DNA of 32,000 bases from Dickeya solani IPO 2222 (GTDB lineage: Bacteria; Pseudomonadota; Gammaproteobacteria; Enterobacterales; Enterobacteriaceae), in NCBI RefSeq assembly GCF_001644705.1, contig NZ_CP015137.1:1260001-1292000 (forward strand), written 5' to 3'. The notes beneath the pieces were generated by a model. The model did no database searches. It had not been told where the DNA came from and worked only from the letters and a program-made list of their open reading frames with translations. Positions 19,988 to 30,912 of the stretch are shown in pieces. The position numbers were made by a program, and so were the translations under genes. Position 1 is the stretch's first letter, and each line of letters starts with the position of its first letter.

Positions 19988-21429
19988 TGATCATGACTCA
20001 CAACGCGTTACAGCATGAATTGCAATTGCTTTGTCGGCGCTACCACGCCCTGCTGCTGGATATGGATGAGCAGGTGGTCTCCATCGCCGTGGCCGGCCTG
20101 GTGGCGGAAGAACTGGTTGCCGCGCTGCGTTTCGCCAGCCACCGGCGAGTTCTGGTCGAGCAATGGCCCACCGCGCGGCTGGAACAACAGCTTACGTCGC
20201 CACAGGCAGAAGAAACCATCGCGCCTTATCAGGCCGATGCAACAGCGTTCGACGAATCCGATGACGCGCCGGTGGTCCAGTTCATCAATCAGACGCTGAA
20301 ATTGGCGATCCAGCGGCGCGCGTCTGATATCCATTTCGAGCCGTTGCCTGCCGGTTACCGCGTCAGGTTACGTATTGACGGGGTCTTGCATGAAACCTTG
20401 CCCGCACCGGATTCACTGGCCGGGCGACTGATTGCCCGGCTCAAAATCATGGGAAAACTCAATATCGCCGAGCGACGTTTGCCGCAGGACGGCCAGTTCA
20501 GCCTGCGGCTGGATCAATACGCCTACTCGCTACGCATCGCCACGTTGCCGGTTCAGGGCGGCGAGAAAGTGGTGCTGAGAGTCCTGCAAACACAACAGCA
20601 GGCTTTGGAACTGGATGCACTGGGCCTGACTGCCCGCGCGTTGCAGCAATTCAAACGGACGCTGAGTTTGCCACAAGGGCTAATTCTGGTTACAGGCCCT
20701 ACCGGCAGCGGCAAGACGTTCACACTGTACAGCGCCATCCGCTGGCTGAATGACGTTAGCCGCAATATTTGCAGCGTGGAGGACCCTGTTGAAATTCCGC
20801 TGGCCGGCATCAATCAGACCGCCGTTCATGCCCAAAGTCAGCTGGATTTCGCCCGGGTACTGCGCGCCCTGCTGCGTCAGGATCCGGACGTGATCATGAT
20901 TGGCGAAATCCGCGATGCCGAAACCGCAGAGATTGCCGTCAAAGCGGCGCAAACCGGCCATCTGGTGCTGTCTACCCTGCATACCAATTCCGCCGCCGAC
21001 ACGCTGGTCCGTCTGGGGCATCTGGGGATTCCCGGTTATCTGCTGGCTGCCGCGCTCAAGCTGGTGATAGCCCAGCGGCTGGTCAGGCGATTGTGCCCGC
21101 ATTGCCGCCGGCTAACCGAGGATGCCATAACCTTGCCCGATAATCTGTGGCAAGGCCCGTTACGGCAATGGCGAGCAACCGGGTGCGAGCACTGTTTTTC
21201 CGGTTACTATGGTCGGGCGGCGCTTTACGAGCTGCTGCCAGTCACGCCAGCGCTTCAGCAGGCGTTGTCCAGTTCCACATTGTCCGGTTCCACATCATGG
21301 TCCGACAGTGGCCAGCCACGGCCCCAGCAACGGGAAACCGGACTGCTATCCGCCGGGCTGTCGCTGGTTCACGAAGGCATCACCTCGCTGGAGGAAATCT
21401 ATCGGGTAGTGGGCGACCGCATTGAATAA
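19984..21429 (+). CDS. hofB: Type IV pilus assembly ATPase (GspE/PilB family)
   Basis: It has Walker A VTGPTGSGKT, then CSVEDPVE, LRQDPDVIMIGEIRD, TGHLVLSTLHTN and a tetracysteine CPHC...GCEHC. The ATGA overlaps the ppdD stop. Synteny with E. coli ppdD-hofB-hofC is kept. Confidence 0.9.
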   Translation: MMIMTHNALQHELQLLCRRYHALLLDMDEQVVSIAVAGLVAEELVAALRFASHRRVLVEQWPTARLEQQLTSPQAEETIAPYQADATAFDESDDAPVVQFINQTLKLAIQRRASDIHFEPLPAGYRVRLRIDGVLHETLPAPDSLAGRLIARLKIMGKLNIAERRLPQDGQFSLRLDQYAYSLRIATLPVQGGEKVVLRVLQTQQQALELDALGLTARALQQFKRTLSLPQGLILVTGPTGSGKTFTLYSAIRWLNDVSRNICSVEDPVEIPLAGINQTAVHAQSQLDFARVLRALLRQDPDVIMIGEIRDAETAEIAVKAAQTGHLVLSTLHTNSAADTLVRLGHLGIPGYLLAAALKLVIAQRLVRRLCPHCRRLTEDAITLPDNLWQGPLRQWRATGCEHCFSGYYGRAALYELLPVTPALQQALSSSTLSGSTSWSDSGQPRPQQRETGLLSAGLSLVHEGITSLEEIYRVVGDRIE

Positions 21430-21438
21430 GGGCGAATA

Positions 21439-22644
21439 ATGGCAGTACAGAAACTCTATTACTGGCAAGCGCTTCGCAACGATGGTGAATTCTGTGCCGG
21501 TGAACGCATCGGTACTAGCCGGGATGAGATTTACCAGTATCTGCTGGAGCTCGGCTACCAGCCTTTGCGCCTCAAAACCGGGCAATACCTGACGCCGCGT
21601 TACTGGCGCGGCCCTCAGCTATCGATCATCATCCGGCAACTGGCGACATTGCTGCAGGCTGGATTGCCGTTACTGGATGCGTTAGACCTGCTCGGCCGTC
21701 AGCACGAAAAAGCGGGCTGGCGCTGCCTGTTGCAGGAGATTCGCCTGCAGGTGGCGCAGGGGCGCGCGTTATCAGAAGTATTCGCTGACCATCCCACCGT
21801 CTTTCCAGCGATGTGCAGTTCACTGGTGGCCGTCGGCGAACTGACCGGGAAATTGGATGACTGTTGCGCCCGACTGGCAAACTATCAGGAAAACCAGCGT
21901 CAACTAGCCGGGAAGGTGATCAAGGCCCTGCGCTATCCGGCCTTTGTGATTGTAGTAGGACTACTGGTCGCCCTGCTGATGCTAACGCTGGTATTACCGG
22001 AATTCGCCGGGTTGTACGCCTCCTTTGATGCGCCGCTCCCCTGGCTGACCCGCATGATGCTGGGATTATCGGATGCGCTGAGTCGTCACGGTACGCTGCT
22101 CATTATCCTTCCGGTAGTAATATTGCTGGGCTACCGGCAGATACGCCGGCAAAAAGTGGAGTGGCAAAAACGGGAGCAACGGCTACTGTTGAAGCTGCCG
22201 CTGCTATCCACCCTGGTACGAAGCCATTGCCTGAGCCAAATCTTTCATACTCTGGCGATGACACAGCAGGCGGGATTAACGCTGCCTTCCGGCCTGAGTG
22301 CCGCCGCGACGCTGAATAACCCGGTTTATCGGCAATCGCTCGCTGAGATTAAAAGCCAGCTTGAACAGGGTATTCCGCTCGGGCAAGCGATCCATGATGA
22401 TCCGTTGCTCTATCCTGCCCCTTGCCATCAACTCATCAGTGTCGGGGAAGAAACCGGCGCACTGGATCAATTGTTTGCCCGGCTGGCAGGCTGGTATGAG
22501 AATCATACCCGGCAATTTGCAGACACACTGACGCAAACGCTGGAACCACTGTTACTGGTCATCGTCGGTGGACTGGTGGGAACGCTGGTCATCGCCATGT
22601 ATCTGCCGATTTTCCAGTTAGGGAATGTACTGGCAGGCGCCTGA
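21439..22644 (+). CDS. hofC: Type IV pilus inner-membrane platform protein (GspF/PilC family)
   Basis: It is 401 aa. The GspF repeat is duplicated (LATLLQAGLPLLDAL... and FHTLAMTQQAGLTLPSGL...), with three hydrophobic segments. It starts 9 nt after hofB. Confidence 0.88.
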   Translation: MAVQKLYYWQALRNDGEFCAGERIGTSRDEIYQYLLELGYQPLRLKTGQYLTPRYWRGPQLSIIIRQLATLLQAGLPLLDALDLLGRQHEKAGWRCLLQEIRLQVAQGRALSEVFADHPTVFPAMCSSLVAVGELTGKLDDCCARLANYQENQRQLAGKVIKALRYPAFVIVVGLLVALLMLTLVLPEFAGLYASFDAPLPWLTRMMLGLSDALSRHGTLLIILPVVILLGYRQIRRQKVEWQKREQRLLLKLPLLSTLVRSHCLSQIFHTLAMTQQAGLTLPSGLSAAATLNNPVYRQSLAEIKSQLEQGIPLGQAIHDDPLLYPAPCHQLISVGEETGALDQLFARLAGWYENHTRQFADTLTQTLEPLLLVIVGGLVGTLVIAMYLPIFQLGNVLAGA

Positions 22645-22671
22645 GCTCGCCAGTACATGTACCATGTCATA

Positions 22672-22714
22672 CTTCAAGTACCCGTCACGCTTCAGGTACC
22701 CGTCAGACTTCACG
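22672..22714. repeat. Short tandem direct repeat (18-mer x 2.4) in the hofC/guaC convergent spacer
   Basis: The units are cttcaagtacccgtcacg, cttcaggtacccgtcaga and cttcacg. They are preceded by nested palindromes: gtactggc...gccagtac (22627-22656), aggcgcct, gagctc and gtacatgtac. Confidence 0.8.
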
Positions 22715-22769
22715 TTGCGGTGCGTTGGCTTTCCTGTAACGCGAACATTTGGGGTATATCAGCCGGGAA

Positions 22770-23810
22770 TCAGCCGCTAAATACCTGATTTTCCTGCTCG
22801 ACAACCCGAATGAAGGTCGTACGCTTGGTCAGTTCCTTCAGGCGTGATGCGCCCACGTAAGTACAGGCAGAGCGCAACCCGCCGAGAATATCGCGCACGG
22901 TATGTTCTACCGGGCCGCGCAATGGCAGACGTACCGTCTTGCCTTCCGCTGCGCGGTATTCGGCAACGCCGCCGACATGCCGTTCCATCGCTGAGGCGGA
23001 ACTCATGCCGTAAAACATCATCATTTTCCGGCCGTCTTCTTCAATAATATCGCCGCCGCATTCTTCGTGTGCCGCCAGCAATCCACCCAGCATCACGAAA
23101 TCGGCGCCGCCGCCAAAAGCCTTGGCCACATCGCCCGGCACGGTACAGCCGCCATCACTGACAATCTGCCCACCCAGACCGTGTGCCGCATCGGCGCACT
23201 CGATCACCGCCGACAGTTGCGGATAACCAACGCCGGTTTTCACCCGCGTAGTGCAAACCGAACCGGGACCGATACCTACCTTAACAATATCCGCCCCTGA
23301 CAATAGCAGCTCTTCCACCATTTCTCCGGTCACCACGTTGCCGGCGCAAATCACCTTATCAGGAAAGACTTCACGTGCTTTCTGTACAAAGTTGACGAAA
23401 TGTTCCGAATAGCCGTTAGCCACATCAATACAGATAAATTTCAGATCCGGCGATAACGCCAGAATCTGCCGCATGTTCTCGAAATCACCGTCAGACGTGC
23501 CGCTCGATACCATCACATGGCGTAATACGGCAGCAGGCGTACTGCCGACAAACTGTCGCCACTCGGCCACCGAATAGTGCTTGTGTACCGCAGTCAACAG
23601 CTCAAACGACGCCAGTACCCGCGCCACCTGGAACGTACCCACCGTGTCCATGTTGGCAGCAATGATAGGCACGCCAGACCAGTCGCAGCCAGCGTGCAGA
23701 AAGGTAAACTCACGCGTCAGTTCAACGTCTGCACGGCTTTTCAACGTGGAACGCTTGGGGCGGATGAGCACATCTTTAAAACCCAGCTTGATATCTTCTT
23801 CAATACGCAT
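22770..23810 (-). CDS. guaC: GMP reductase
   Basis: [35 protein letters not shown]...[34 protein letters not shown]... matches E. coli GuaC. The start at ATG 23810 replaces the ORF-track 23861 extension. Confidence 0.95.
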   Translation of the reverse strand: MRIEEDIKLGFKDVLIRPKRSTLKSRADVELTREFTFLHAGCDWSGVPIIAANMDTVGTFQVARVLASFELLTAVHKHYSVAEWRQFVGSTPAAVLRHVMVSSGTSDGDFENMRQILALSPDLKFICIDVANGYSEHFVNFVQKAREVFPDKVICAGNVVTGEMVEELLLSGADIVKVGIGPGSVCTTRVKTGVGYPQLSAVIECADAAHGLGGQIVSDGGCTVPGDVAKAFGGGADFVMLGGLLAAHEECGGDIIEEDGRKMMMFYGMSSASAMERHVGGVAEYRAAEGKTVRLPLRGPVEHTVRDILGGLRSACTYVGASRLKELTKRTTFIRVVEQENQVFSG

Positions 23811-23977
23811 GGTAAACAACCTGATGAAGTGAGAATAATGAGTCAGGGAAGGAACCGGCAATAGTACGTCGATTCATAATGATCATACGCCCGAATAATC
23901 CGGCGGCAAGACTGCGATTTTCCCTCGATTTGGGCTAGAATCCGGTAAATTTACCCAGCCATTTCCAGTTGATTACT

Positions 23978-24604
23978 ATGGCATACATCGTTGCGCTGAC
24001 AGGCGGTATCGGCAGCGGAAAAAGTACGGTTGCTCAGGGCTTTGCAACACTAGGCGCCACCATTGTCGATGCGGACGTAATCGCCCGCCAGGTCGTTGCT
24101 CCCGGGCAGCCCGCTCTGACAGCCATTGTTGAGTATTTTGGCCTGGAGATATTACAGCCGGACGGCGCGCTAAACCGAAGCGCCCTGCGAGAACGCATTT
24201 TTTCCAGCCCGGAGGACAAACGCTGGCTCAACGCTCTGCTGCATCCGCTGATCCAGCAGGAGACCCGGCGTCAGTTAGCGGCCGTTACCACTCCCTATGC
24301 GTTATGGGTGGTTCCCCTGTTGGTGGAAAATCAGCTTCAAGGGCAGGCGCAGCGCATTCTGGTGGTGGATATCCCCCTGGAGACGCAATTGCAACGCACC
24401 ATGGCTCGGGATGGCGTTTCCCGTGCTCAGGCGCAAAACATTCTGGCGTCGCAGGCCAACCGTAAACAGCGGTTGGCCTGCGCTGATGATATTATCGATA
24501 ATAATAGCAATCCGAGCGTACTCGCTCCGCGGATTGCCGCTCTGCATCAGCATTATCTGATGCTGGCCGCATCCGCAACCGACAGGACGACCCATAATGA
24601 GTGA
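23978..24604 (+). CDS. coaE: Dephospho-CoA kinase
   Basis: [19 protein letters not shown] (P-loop) ...[10 protein letters not shown]...[10 protein letters not shown] matches E. coli CoaE. I prefer ATG 23978 over TTG 23969. Confidence 0.93.
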   Translation: MAYIVALTGGIGSGKSTVAQGFATLGATIVDADVIARQVVAPGQPALTAIVEYFGLEILQPDGALNRSALRERIFSSPEDKRWLNALLHPLIQQETRRQLAAVTTPYALWVVPLLVENQLQGQAQRILVVDIPLETQLQRTMARDGVSRAQAQNILASQANRKQRLACADDIIDNNSNPSVLAPRIAALHQHYLMLAASATDRTTHNE

Positions 24605-25346
24605 CGTTTCCTCGACAGTTCTTTTTGAATATCCGCTGAATGAAAAAATGCGTACCTGGCTACGCCTGGAATTTTTGCTGCAACAGATGTACGACAACCA
24701 CGCGTTGAAGGATATTGGCGTTGCCCTGACCTTCTTCCGCGCGGTGGCGGAATTGCTGGATATTCTCGAACGCGGGGACGCCCGCCCCGACCTGCTGAAA
24801 GAGCTGGAACGCCAGCAACAGAAACTGGCGCAATGGGGCGAGTTGCCGGAAGCAGACATTGAGCGTATTAACACGCTGCGTCAGAAGCTACGAAACCTGT
24901 CGGGTGAACTGATTGCGGCTCCGCGCATGGGGCAGGGATTACGCGAAGATAAGTTAATCGGCATGGTGCGGCAGCGCCTGAGCCTGCCGGGCGGGTGCTG
25001 TAGTTTCGACTTACCCACATTGCATATCTGGTTGCACCAGTTACCGGAGCAAAAACAGCGGCAAACCAACATCTGGCTGGATAGCGTGTCGCCACTGAAG
25101 CGGTCGCTCGACAGCATACTGGAGCTGATCCGCCATGCGGGCGCCTTCAGGGAACAAATCAGCCTCAATGGTTTCTATCAGGATAATGCGACCGATACTG
25201 ACCTGCTGCGTTTGCGAATTGCCCTTGAACACCAAATCTATCCGCAAATATCTGGCCACAAGACTCGCTATGCCATCCGCTTCCTGCCGTTGGATAGCGA
25301 TGGACAAACGCCCGCGCGGCTGGCATTTGAACTGGCTTGTTGCTAA
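24597..25346 (+). CDS. zapD: Cell division protein ZapD (FtsZ-ring stabiliser)
   Basis: [23 protein letters not shown]...[23 protein letters not shown]...[16 protein letters not shown]...FELACC matches E. coli ZapD (YacF). It overlaps the coaE stop by 8 nt. Confidence 0.93.
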   Translation: MSDVSSTVLFEYPLNEKMRTWLRLEFLLQQMYDNHALKDIGVALTFFRAVAELLDILERGDARPDLLKELERQQQKLAQWGELPEADIERINTLRQKLRNLSGELIAAPRMGQGLREDKLIGMVRQRLSLPGGCCSFDLPTLHIWLHQLPEQKQRQTNIWLDSVSPLKRSLDSILELIRHAGAFREQISLNGFYQDNATDTDLLRLRIALEHQIYPQISGHKTRYAIRFLPLDSDGQTPARLAFELACC

Positions 25347-25390
25347 GAGAGCCCTGTTTTTTTGGAGATGAACGTACCGTGGATAACGAG

Positions 25391-25576
25391 ATGACCGTTG
25401 TAAATTGCCCTACCTGCGCCAAACCGGTGGAATGGAGCGAAAGTAGTCCTTATCGGCCGTTTTGCAGCAAACGTTGCCAGTTGATCGATTTGGGGGAATG
25501 GGCCGACGAGGAAAAACGCATTCCCAGCGAGGACGATGTATCCGACAGCGACACCTGGAGCGAAGCACAGCACTAA
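25391..25576 (+). CDS. yacG: DNA gyrase inhibitor YacG (zinc-finger protein)
   Basis: It is 61 aa: [46 protein letters not shown], with a C4 zinc ribbon identical in pattern to E. coli YacG. The ORF-track start 25337 is an upstream extension. Confidence 0.9.
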   Translation: MTVVNCPTCAKPVEWSESSPYRPFCSKRCQLIDLGEWADEEKRIPSEDDVSDSDTWSEAQH

Positions 25577-25606
25577 TCCGGTACTCGCTTACCGCCATTT
25601 CGCACC

Positions 25607-25638
25607 GCGATTCATGCCGGCGCCAACGCATGAATCGC
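25607..25638. terminator. Perfect 11-bp stem-loop between convergent yacG and mutT (putative bidirectional terminator, no U-tract)
   Basis: gcgattcatgc-cggcgccaac-gcatgaatcgc. An alternative pairing gccggcg/cgccggc is possible. Confidence 0.45.
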
Positions 25639-25648
25639 CGGCAGAGAT

Positions 25649-26047
25649 TTAGGCGATGTCCGCTTTAAGACGGCGAATCATCTCGGCGTTGGCGGGCGGG
25701 AATTCCTGCTCATCCAGTTCATCAGCGGTCAGCCAGCGCGAGGGTTGGCCTTCACGACCATACGGCTCGCCGCGCCATTGCTCCACCAGGAAGAAGTACA
25801 GCGTAATCAGGCGTTCGCCTGCCGAAAACGTTTTGCTGTCCAGCGGCTTTGGATTGATCACCTCAATCCCCGCTTCCTCGTGCAGTTCCCGCACCAGCGC
25901 CTGCTCCGGCGTTTCGCCTTCTTCGACCTTGCCGCCGGGAAACTCCCATTTACCGGCCATGTGCACCCCGGCCGGGCGACAGGCGATGAAGAACTCTTGC
26001 TGCGGGTTCCGGATAATCCCCACCGCCACAGATAAAGTTTTTTGCAT
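25649..26047 (-). CDS. mutT: 8-oxo-dGTP diphosphatase (Nudix)
   Basis: It carries the Nudix box GKWEFPGGKVEEGETPEQALVRELHEEAGI. The N-terminus MQKTLSVAVGIIRN parallels E. coli MKKLQIAVGIIRN. The start 26047 is chosen from aaggataATGATG (26050 is possible); the ORF-track 26080 is an extension. Confidence 0.9.
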   Translation of the reverse strand: MQKTLSVAVGIIRNPQQEFFIACRPAGVHMAGKWEFPGGKVEEGETPEQALVRELHEEAGIEVINPKPLDSKTFSAGERLITLYFFLVEQWRGEPYGREGQPSRWLTADELDEQEFPPANAEMIRRLKADIA

Positions 26048-26067
26048 CATTATCCTTTCAACCAGTG

Positions 26068-26092
26068 AAAAGGCGGTCAATGACCGCCTTTT
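26068..26092 (-). terminator. Stem-loop between secA and mutT (terminator/attenuator-like)
   Basis: aaaaggcggtc-aat-gaccgcctttt forms an 11-bp perfect stem. The T-run is part of the stem, so readthrough into mutT is plausible. Confidence 0.55.
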
Positions 26093-26119
26093 ATTTGATG
26101 TATCGCTACGTTACCGGCC

Positions 26120-28813
26120 TTATTTCTGCAGGCGACCGTGGCACTGCTTGTATTTTTTGCCAGAGCCGCACGGGCACGGGTCATTACGACCGATCTTGCG
26201 ATCGGCATAAGGTGAATCGGTAGCCGCTTCATCCTGATGGCTCAATTGCTGCTGACGGGCCAGACGCTCGGCTTCTTCACGGCGCTGCTGTTCCAGCGCT
26301 TCGACTTCTTCCGGCATCCGCACCTGAACCTTACTCAGGGTGCTGATCACTTCATACTTGAGGCCTTCCAGCATAGCAGCAAACATTGCGAACGACTCGC
26401 GCTTATATTCCTGCTTCGGGTCTTTCTGCGCATACCCGCGCAGATGAATCCCCTGACGTAAATAGTCCATCGCCGCCAGATGTTCTTTCCACAGCGAATC
26501 CAGCGTTTGCAGCATCACGCCTTTCTCGAAGTTGCGCATAACATCGCTGCCGACCACCTCTTCTTTACGGCCATACACTTCCAACGCCTGCGTGTAGATA
26601 CGTTCCCGCAGCGTTTCTTCGTGCAGATCCGGCTCCTTGTCCAGCCATTCGGCGATCGGCAGTTCGAGGTCAAAGTCATTCTTCAGGCGCTGCTCCAGTC
26701 CCGAAATGTCCCACATTTCCTCCAGCGACTGGGGCGGGATATGGGCATCAATGGTGACCTTGAACACGTCTTCACGAATACTGTTGATGGTTTCGCTGAT
26801 ATCAGATGCATCCAGCAGCTCGTTGCGCTGGGTATAGATAGCGCGACGCTGGTCATTGGCCACATCATCATACTCAAGCAGTTGCTTACGGATATCGAAG
26901 TTGCGGTTTTCCACCTTGCGTTGCGCATTGGCGATCGCCTTGGTCACCCACGGATGCTCAATCGCTTCGCCTTCCTTCATCCCCAGTTTACGCATCATGT
27001 TGGAAACGCGATCCGACGCAAAAATACGCATCAACGCATCTTCCATCGACAGATAGAAACGGGAAGAACCCGCGTCCCCCTGACGGCCGGAACGGCCACG
27101 CAGCTGGTTGTCGATACGACGGGATTCATGACGTTCGGTACCGATAATGTGCAGACCGCCTGCCGCCAGCACGTCATCATGACGTTGCTGCCATTCAGCT
27201 TTGATGGCAGCGATTTGGGCTTCATCCGGGTTTTCCTGTTGTGCCACTTCCGACTGCCAGCTGCCGCCCAGCACGATATCGGTACCACGGCCCGCCATGT
27301 TGGTGGCGATGGTCACCGCCCCTGAGCGCCCGGCCTGAGCCACGATATCCGCTTCCATCGCATGGAATTTGGCGTTCAGCACGTTGTGTTTGATACCGGC
27401 TTTGGTCAGCGCATGCGATACCACTTCGGATTTTTCGATGGAAATAGTCCCCACCAGCACCGGCTGCCCCTTGGCGGTACGCTCTCTGATATCTTCAATG
27501 ATGGCACCGATTTTTTCCTGCTCGGTCATGTACACCAGATCCGGCAGATCTTTACGAATCATTGGGCGGTTGGTCGGCACGACGATAGTGTCCAGCTTAT
27601 AAATAGAGCTGAATTCGAACGCTTCGGTATCTGCCGTACCGGTCATCCCGGCCAGCTTCTCATAAATACGGAAATAGTTCTGGAAAGTGATCGAGGCCAG
27701 CGTCTGGTTCTCGTTGTTGATCTTGACGTTTTCCTTGGCTTCCACCGCCTGATGCAGACCGTCGGACCAGCGACGCCCCTGCATGGTACGGCCGGTATGT
27801 TCGTCAACGATAATGACTTCGTCGTCTTTCACAATGTAGTCGACGTCGCGGGTAAACAGCACATGAGCGCGCAACGCCGCCGTCACGTGGTGCATCAGCA
27901 TGATGTTGGCCGGCGAATACAGCGACTCGCCTTCTGCCATGATGCCACCGTTCACCAGCAACTCTTCGATTTTGACCAGACCGCGTTCGGTCAGGTTGAC
28001 CTGACGGGCTTTCTCATCCACCGAGAAATGGCCTTCACCGTGGAAAGTGTCAGAATCCTCTTTCTCCTGACGGATCAGGTGCGGAATGATTTTGTTTACC
28101 CGCATATAAAGTTCGGAGCTATCTTCTGCCGGACCAGAGATGATCAGCGGGGTACGCGCTTCATCGATCAGGATGGAGTCCACTTCGTCCACCAGCGCAT
28201 AATACAGCTCACGCTGCACACGCTCTTCCGGGCTGAACGCCATGTTGTCGCGCAGGTAGTCGAAACCATATTCGTTGTTGGTGCCGTAGGTAATATCGGC
28301 AGCGTAGGCCTCGCGTTTAGCCGGTGCCGGCATCCCCGGCAGGTTGATGCCGACGGACAGCCCCAGGAATTCAAACAGCGGGCGGTTATTTTCGGCGTCA
28401 CGCTGGGCCAGATAGTCGTTGACGGTCACCACATGCACGCCACGGCCGGTCAGGGCATTAAGGTATGCCGGCAGGGTTGCGGTCAGGGTTTTACCTTCAC
28501 CAGTACGCATTTCCGCGATGCAGCGCTCGTTCAGCACCATACCGCCAATCAGCTGTACGTCGAAGTGACGCATGCCAAAAACGCGCTTACTGGATTCGCG
28601 CACCACGGCGAAGGCTTCCGGCAGCAGCGATTCCAGGGTTTCGCCCTTCTTGATACGGTCACGAAATACCTGTGTTTTCGCCTTCAGTTCATCATCGGAG
28701 AGTTTCTCCATATCCGGTTCGAGGCGATTGATCACATCCACAATTTTGCGCATACGGCGCAACGCACGGTCATTACGGCTACCGAAAACTTTGGTCAATA
28801 ACTTGATTAACAT
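26120..28813 (-). CDS. secA: Preprotein translocase ATPase SecA
   Basis: [25 protein letters not shown]...[14 protein letters not shown] (Walker A)...C-terminal zinc motif [14 protein letters not shown]. The start at ATG 28813 matches the E. coli N-terminus; the ORF-track 28861 is an extension. Confidence 0.97.
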   Translation of the reverse strand: MLIKLLTKVFGSRNDRALRRMRKIVDVINRLEPDMEKLSDDELKAKTQVFRDRIKKGETLESLLPEAFAVVRESSKRVFGMRHFDVQLIGGMVLNERCIAEMRTGEGKTLTATLPAYLNALTGRGVHVVTVNDYLAQRDAENNRPLFEFLGLSVGINLPGMPAPAKREAYAADITYGTNNEYGFDYLRDNMAFSPEERVQRELYYALVDEVDSILIDEARTPLIISGPAEDSSELYMRVNKIIPHLIRQEKEDSDTFHGEGHFSVDEKARQVNLTERGLVKIEELLVNGGIMAEGESLYSPANIMLMHHVTAALRAHVLFTRDVDYIVKDDEVIIVDEHTGRTMQGRRWSDGLHQAVEAKENVKINNENQTLASITFQNYFRIYEKLAGMTGTADTEAFEFSSIYKLDTIVVPTNRPMIRKDLPDLVYMTEQEKIGAIIEDIRERTAKGQPVLVGTISIEKSEVVSHALTKAGIKHNVLNAKFHAMEADIVAQAGRSGAVTIATNMAGRGTDIVLGGSWQSEVAQQENPDEAQIAAIKAEWQQRHDDVLAAGGLHIIGTERHESRRIDNQLRGRSGRQGDAGSSRFYLSMEDALMRIFASDRVSNMMRKLGMKEGEAIEHPWVTKAIANAQRKVENRNFDIRKQLLEYDDVANDQRRAIYTQRNELLDASDISETINSIREDVFKVTIDAHIPPQSLEEMWDISGLEQRLKNDFDLELPIAEWLDKEPDLHEETLRERIYTQALEVYGRKEEVVGSDVMRNFEKGVMLQTLDSLWKEHLAAMDYLRQGIHLRGYAQKDPKQEYKRESFAMFAAMLEGLKYEVISTLSKVQVRMPEEVEALEQQRREEAERLARQQQLSHQDEAATDSPYADRKIGRNDPCPCGSGKKYKQCHGRLQK

Positions 28814-28913
28814 AGTAATTTTAATCTCAACAATGCCAGTCCATCGATGCTGGCACGACATCAGAAAAGGAGTCTACGGCTACTTGCCATAGTGCTGCGG
28901 CACACTATCAAAT

Positions 28914-29414
28914 TCAGGCGCGCGGCCCGGCACGAATGCCCTGAACCTGCGCCAGCCACAGACCGGCATGATAGGAAGGTGAAAAATGAGTAGGCGCCAG
29001 ATCGGCGCTGGCAGAAGCGTGCGGTGTCGCTTCGCGCGTCAGCAACGCATTCAGCGTTTCCAGCAATACCTGATGATGTAACCGGGAAGCATCCGCCGCC
29101 TCAACCACGGTAACGGGTGGAGTAAAAGCAAACGACAGGTGACGAATCACCGTGCGGATGGCATGCTGATGCCAGAAATCATTACTGAATAGCGAACGGC
29201 GACGGGAATCTTTTAAGGCCGCCAGATCGGTGAGATTGAAATAAGATACGTTCGGACGACTGACCGCCGATGCGGAATTGGGTGCGGTGGAAGCATCACG
29301 TGACTCGGTGAAGTTGGCAGGCAGGCCGAGCGTCGCCGCGACCATGCCCAGCAGCAGGTGAGGCCAAAAATAACGTCTGCCAAATTGTCGCCAACGATTT
29401 AAAATACCAATCAC
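28914..29414 (-). CDS. secM: SecA translation regulator SecM (secretion monitor)
   Basis: [33 protein letters not shown] aligns position for position with E. coli [33 protein letters not shown]. The segments [15 protein letters not shown] and the C-terminal ...QGIRAGP are conserved. GTG start 29414 has the RBS ggaaagaaacttGTG. Confidence 0.88.
   Translation of the reverse strand: [166 protein letters not shown]
28923..28958 (-). promoter_or_regulatory. SecM ribosome-arrest motif (variant)
   Basis: The motif encodes [12 protein letters not shown], against E. coli WISQAQGIRAGP. The invariant GIRAGP and Trp are present. The upstream Phe is displaced ([11 protein letters not shown] versus FSTPVW). 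The secM-secA spacer 28814-28913 contains small hairpins (atagtg...cactat, tgccag...ctggca) that could sequester the secA RBS. Confidence 0.75.
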
Positions 29415-29441
29415 AAGTTTCTTTCCGTCGGAGCCTGCGTT

Positions 29442-29963
29442 ATGCGTGATAACCGTCCACAATCACTGGAGTCATTTTTCGATGGCGCATCGCAAACCGG
29501 GTCAGGCCCGCTGCATGATATTCAACAACGTGCGCTCGCGCTGCTGAAACTCAATCGTGCGGTGCACGCTCTGTTGCCAACCGCGCTGCGTTCGTATTGC
29601 CGAGTGGCCAACTATCGTCATGGTCTGCTGGTACTGGAAACCTCCAGCGCCAACTGGCTGATGCGGTTACGTTATGAACAACCTGCCCTGCTTTCCGCTC
29701 TGCGCGCACAGATACTACCATCATTGGCGGCAATCGACATCAGGATTAATCCAGCGCTGGCCGCAAAAATGCATGAAAATGAGAAAACCCATGTTGCTGC
29801 ACCGACAGATGAAACCGCTGTGGCAACCACACGAATTCTCAGTGCGCAGAGTGCGGAAATATTAAAGGGGCTGGCGGAACAAAGTCCGGAACGGCTGCAG
29901 AAAATATTAAAACGACTGGCTTCGCTGGCCGGAGAGAATACCAGCGAAAACCAGTCGTCATGA
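29442..29963 (+). CDS. DUF721 / DciA-like protein (putative replicative-helicase operator family)
   Basis: It is 173 aa with RBS ggagcctgcgttATG. The core LRSYCRVANYRHGLLVLETSSANWLMRLRYEQPALLSALRAQILPSLAAIDIRINP fits the DUF721 pattern as I remember it (..anyrdGvLvl.t.saaWa.rLRy..p.Ll..L......i..i.irv.p). It is followed by a low-complexity tail. No E. coli K-12 counterpart exists at this position. Confidence 0.6.
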   Translation: MRDNRPQSLESFFDGASQTGSGPLHDIQQRALALLKLNRAVHALLPTALRSYCRVANYRHGLLVLETSSANWLMRLRYEQPALLSALRAQILPSLAAIDIRINPALAAKMHENEKTHVAAPTDETAVATTRILSAQSAEILKGLAEQSPERLQKILKRLASLAGENTSENQSS

Positions 29964-29979
29964 TGTCATGTATTGCGGA

Positions 29980-30912
<933 letters not shown>

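Noticed and set aside
23880-23977. Possible coaE promoter (TAGAAT at about 23936-23941)
   Set aside because: The -10-like hexamer has no acceptable -35 at 16-18 nt spacing. The evidence is too weak to annotate.
26480-28801. 281-aa and 479-aa plus-strand ORFs opposite secA, and 25656-26210 opposite mutT/secA
   Set aside because: The reasoning is the same as for the other antisense ORFs. The SecA and MutT assignments on the minus strand explain the sequence fully, and the antisense products show no recognisable domains.
29415-29462. Longer secM ORF starting at TTG 29462, which would overlap the DciA-like start
   Set aside because: The 16 extra residues (MWTVITHNAGSDGKKL) have no counterpart in E. 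coli SecM. The GTG at 29414 aligns exactly with E. coli Met1 and has its own RBS.
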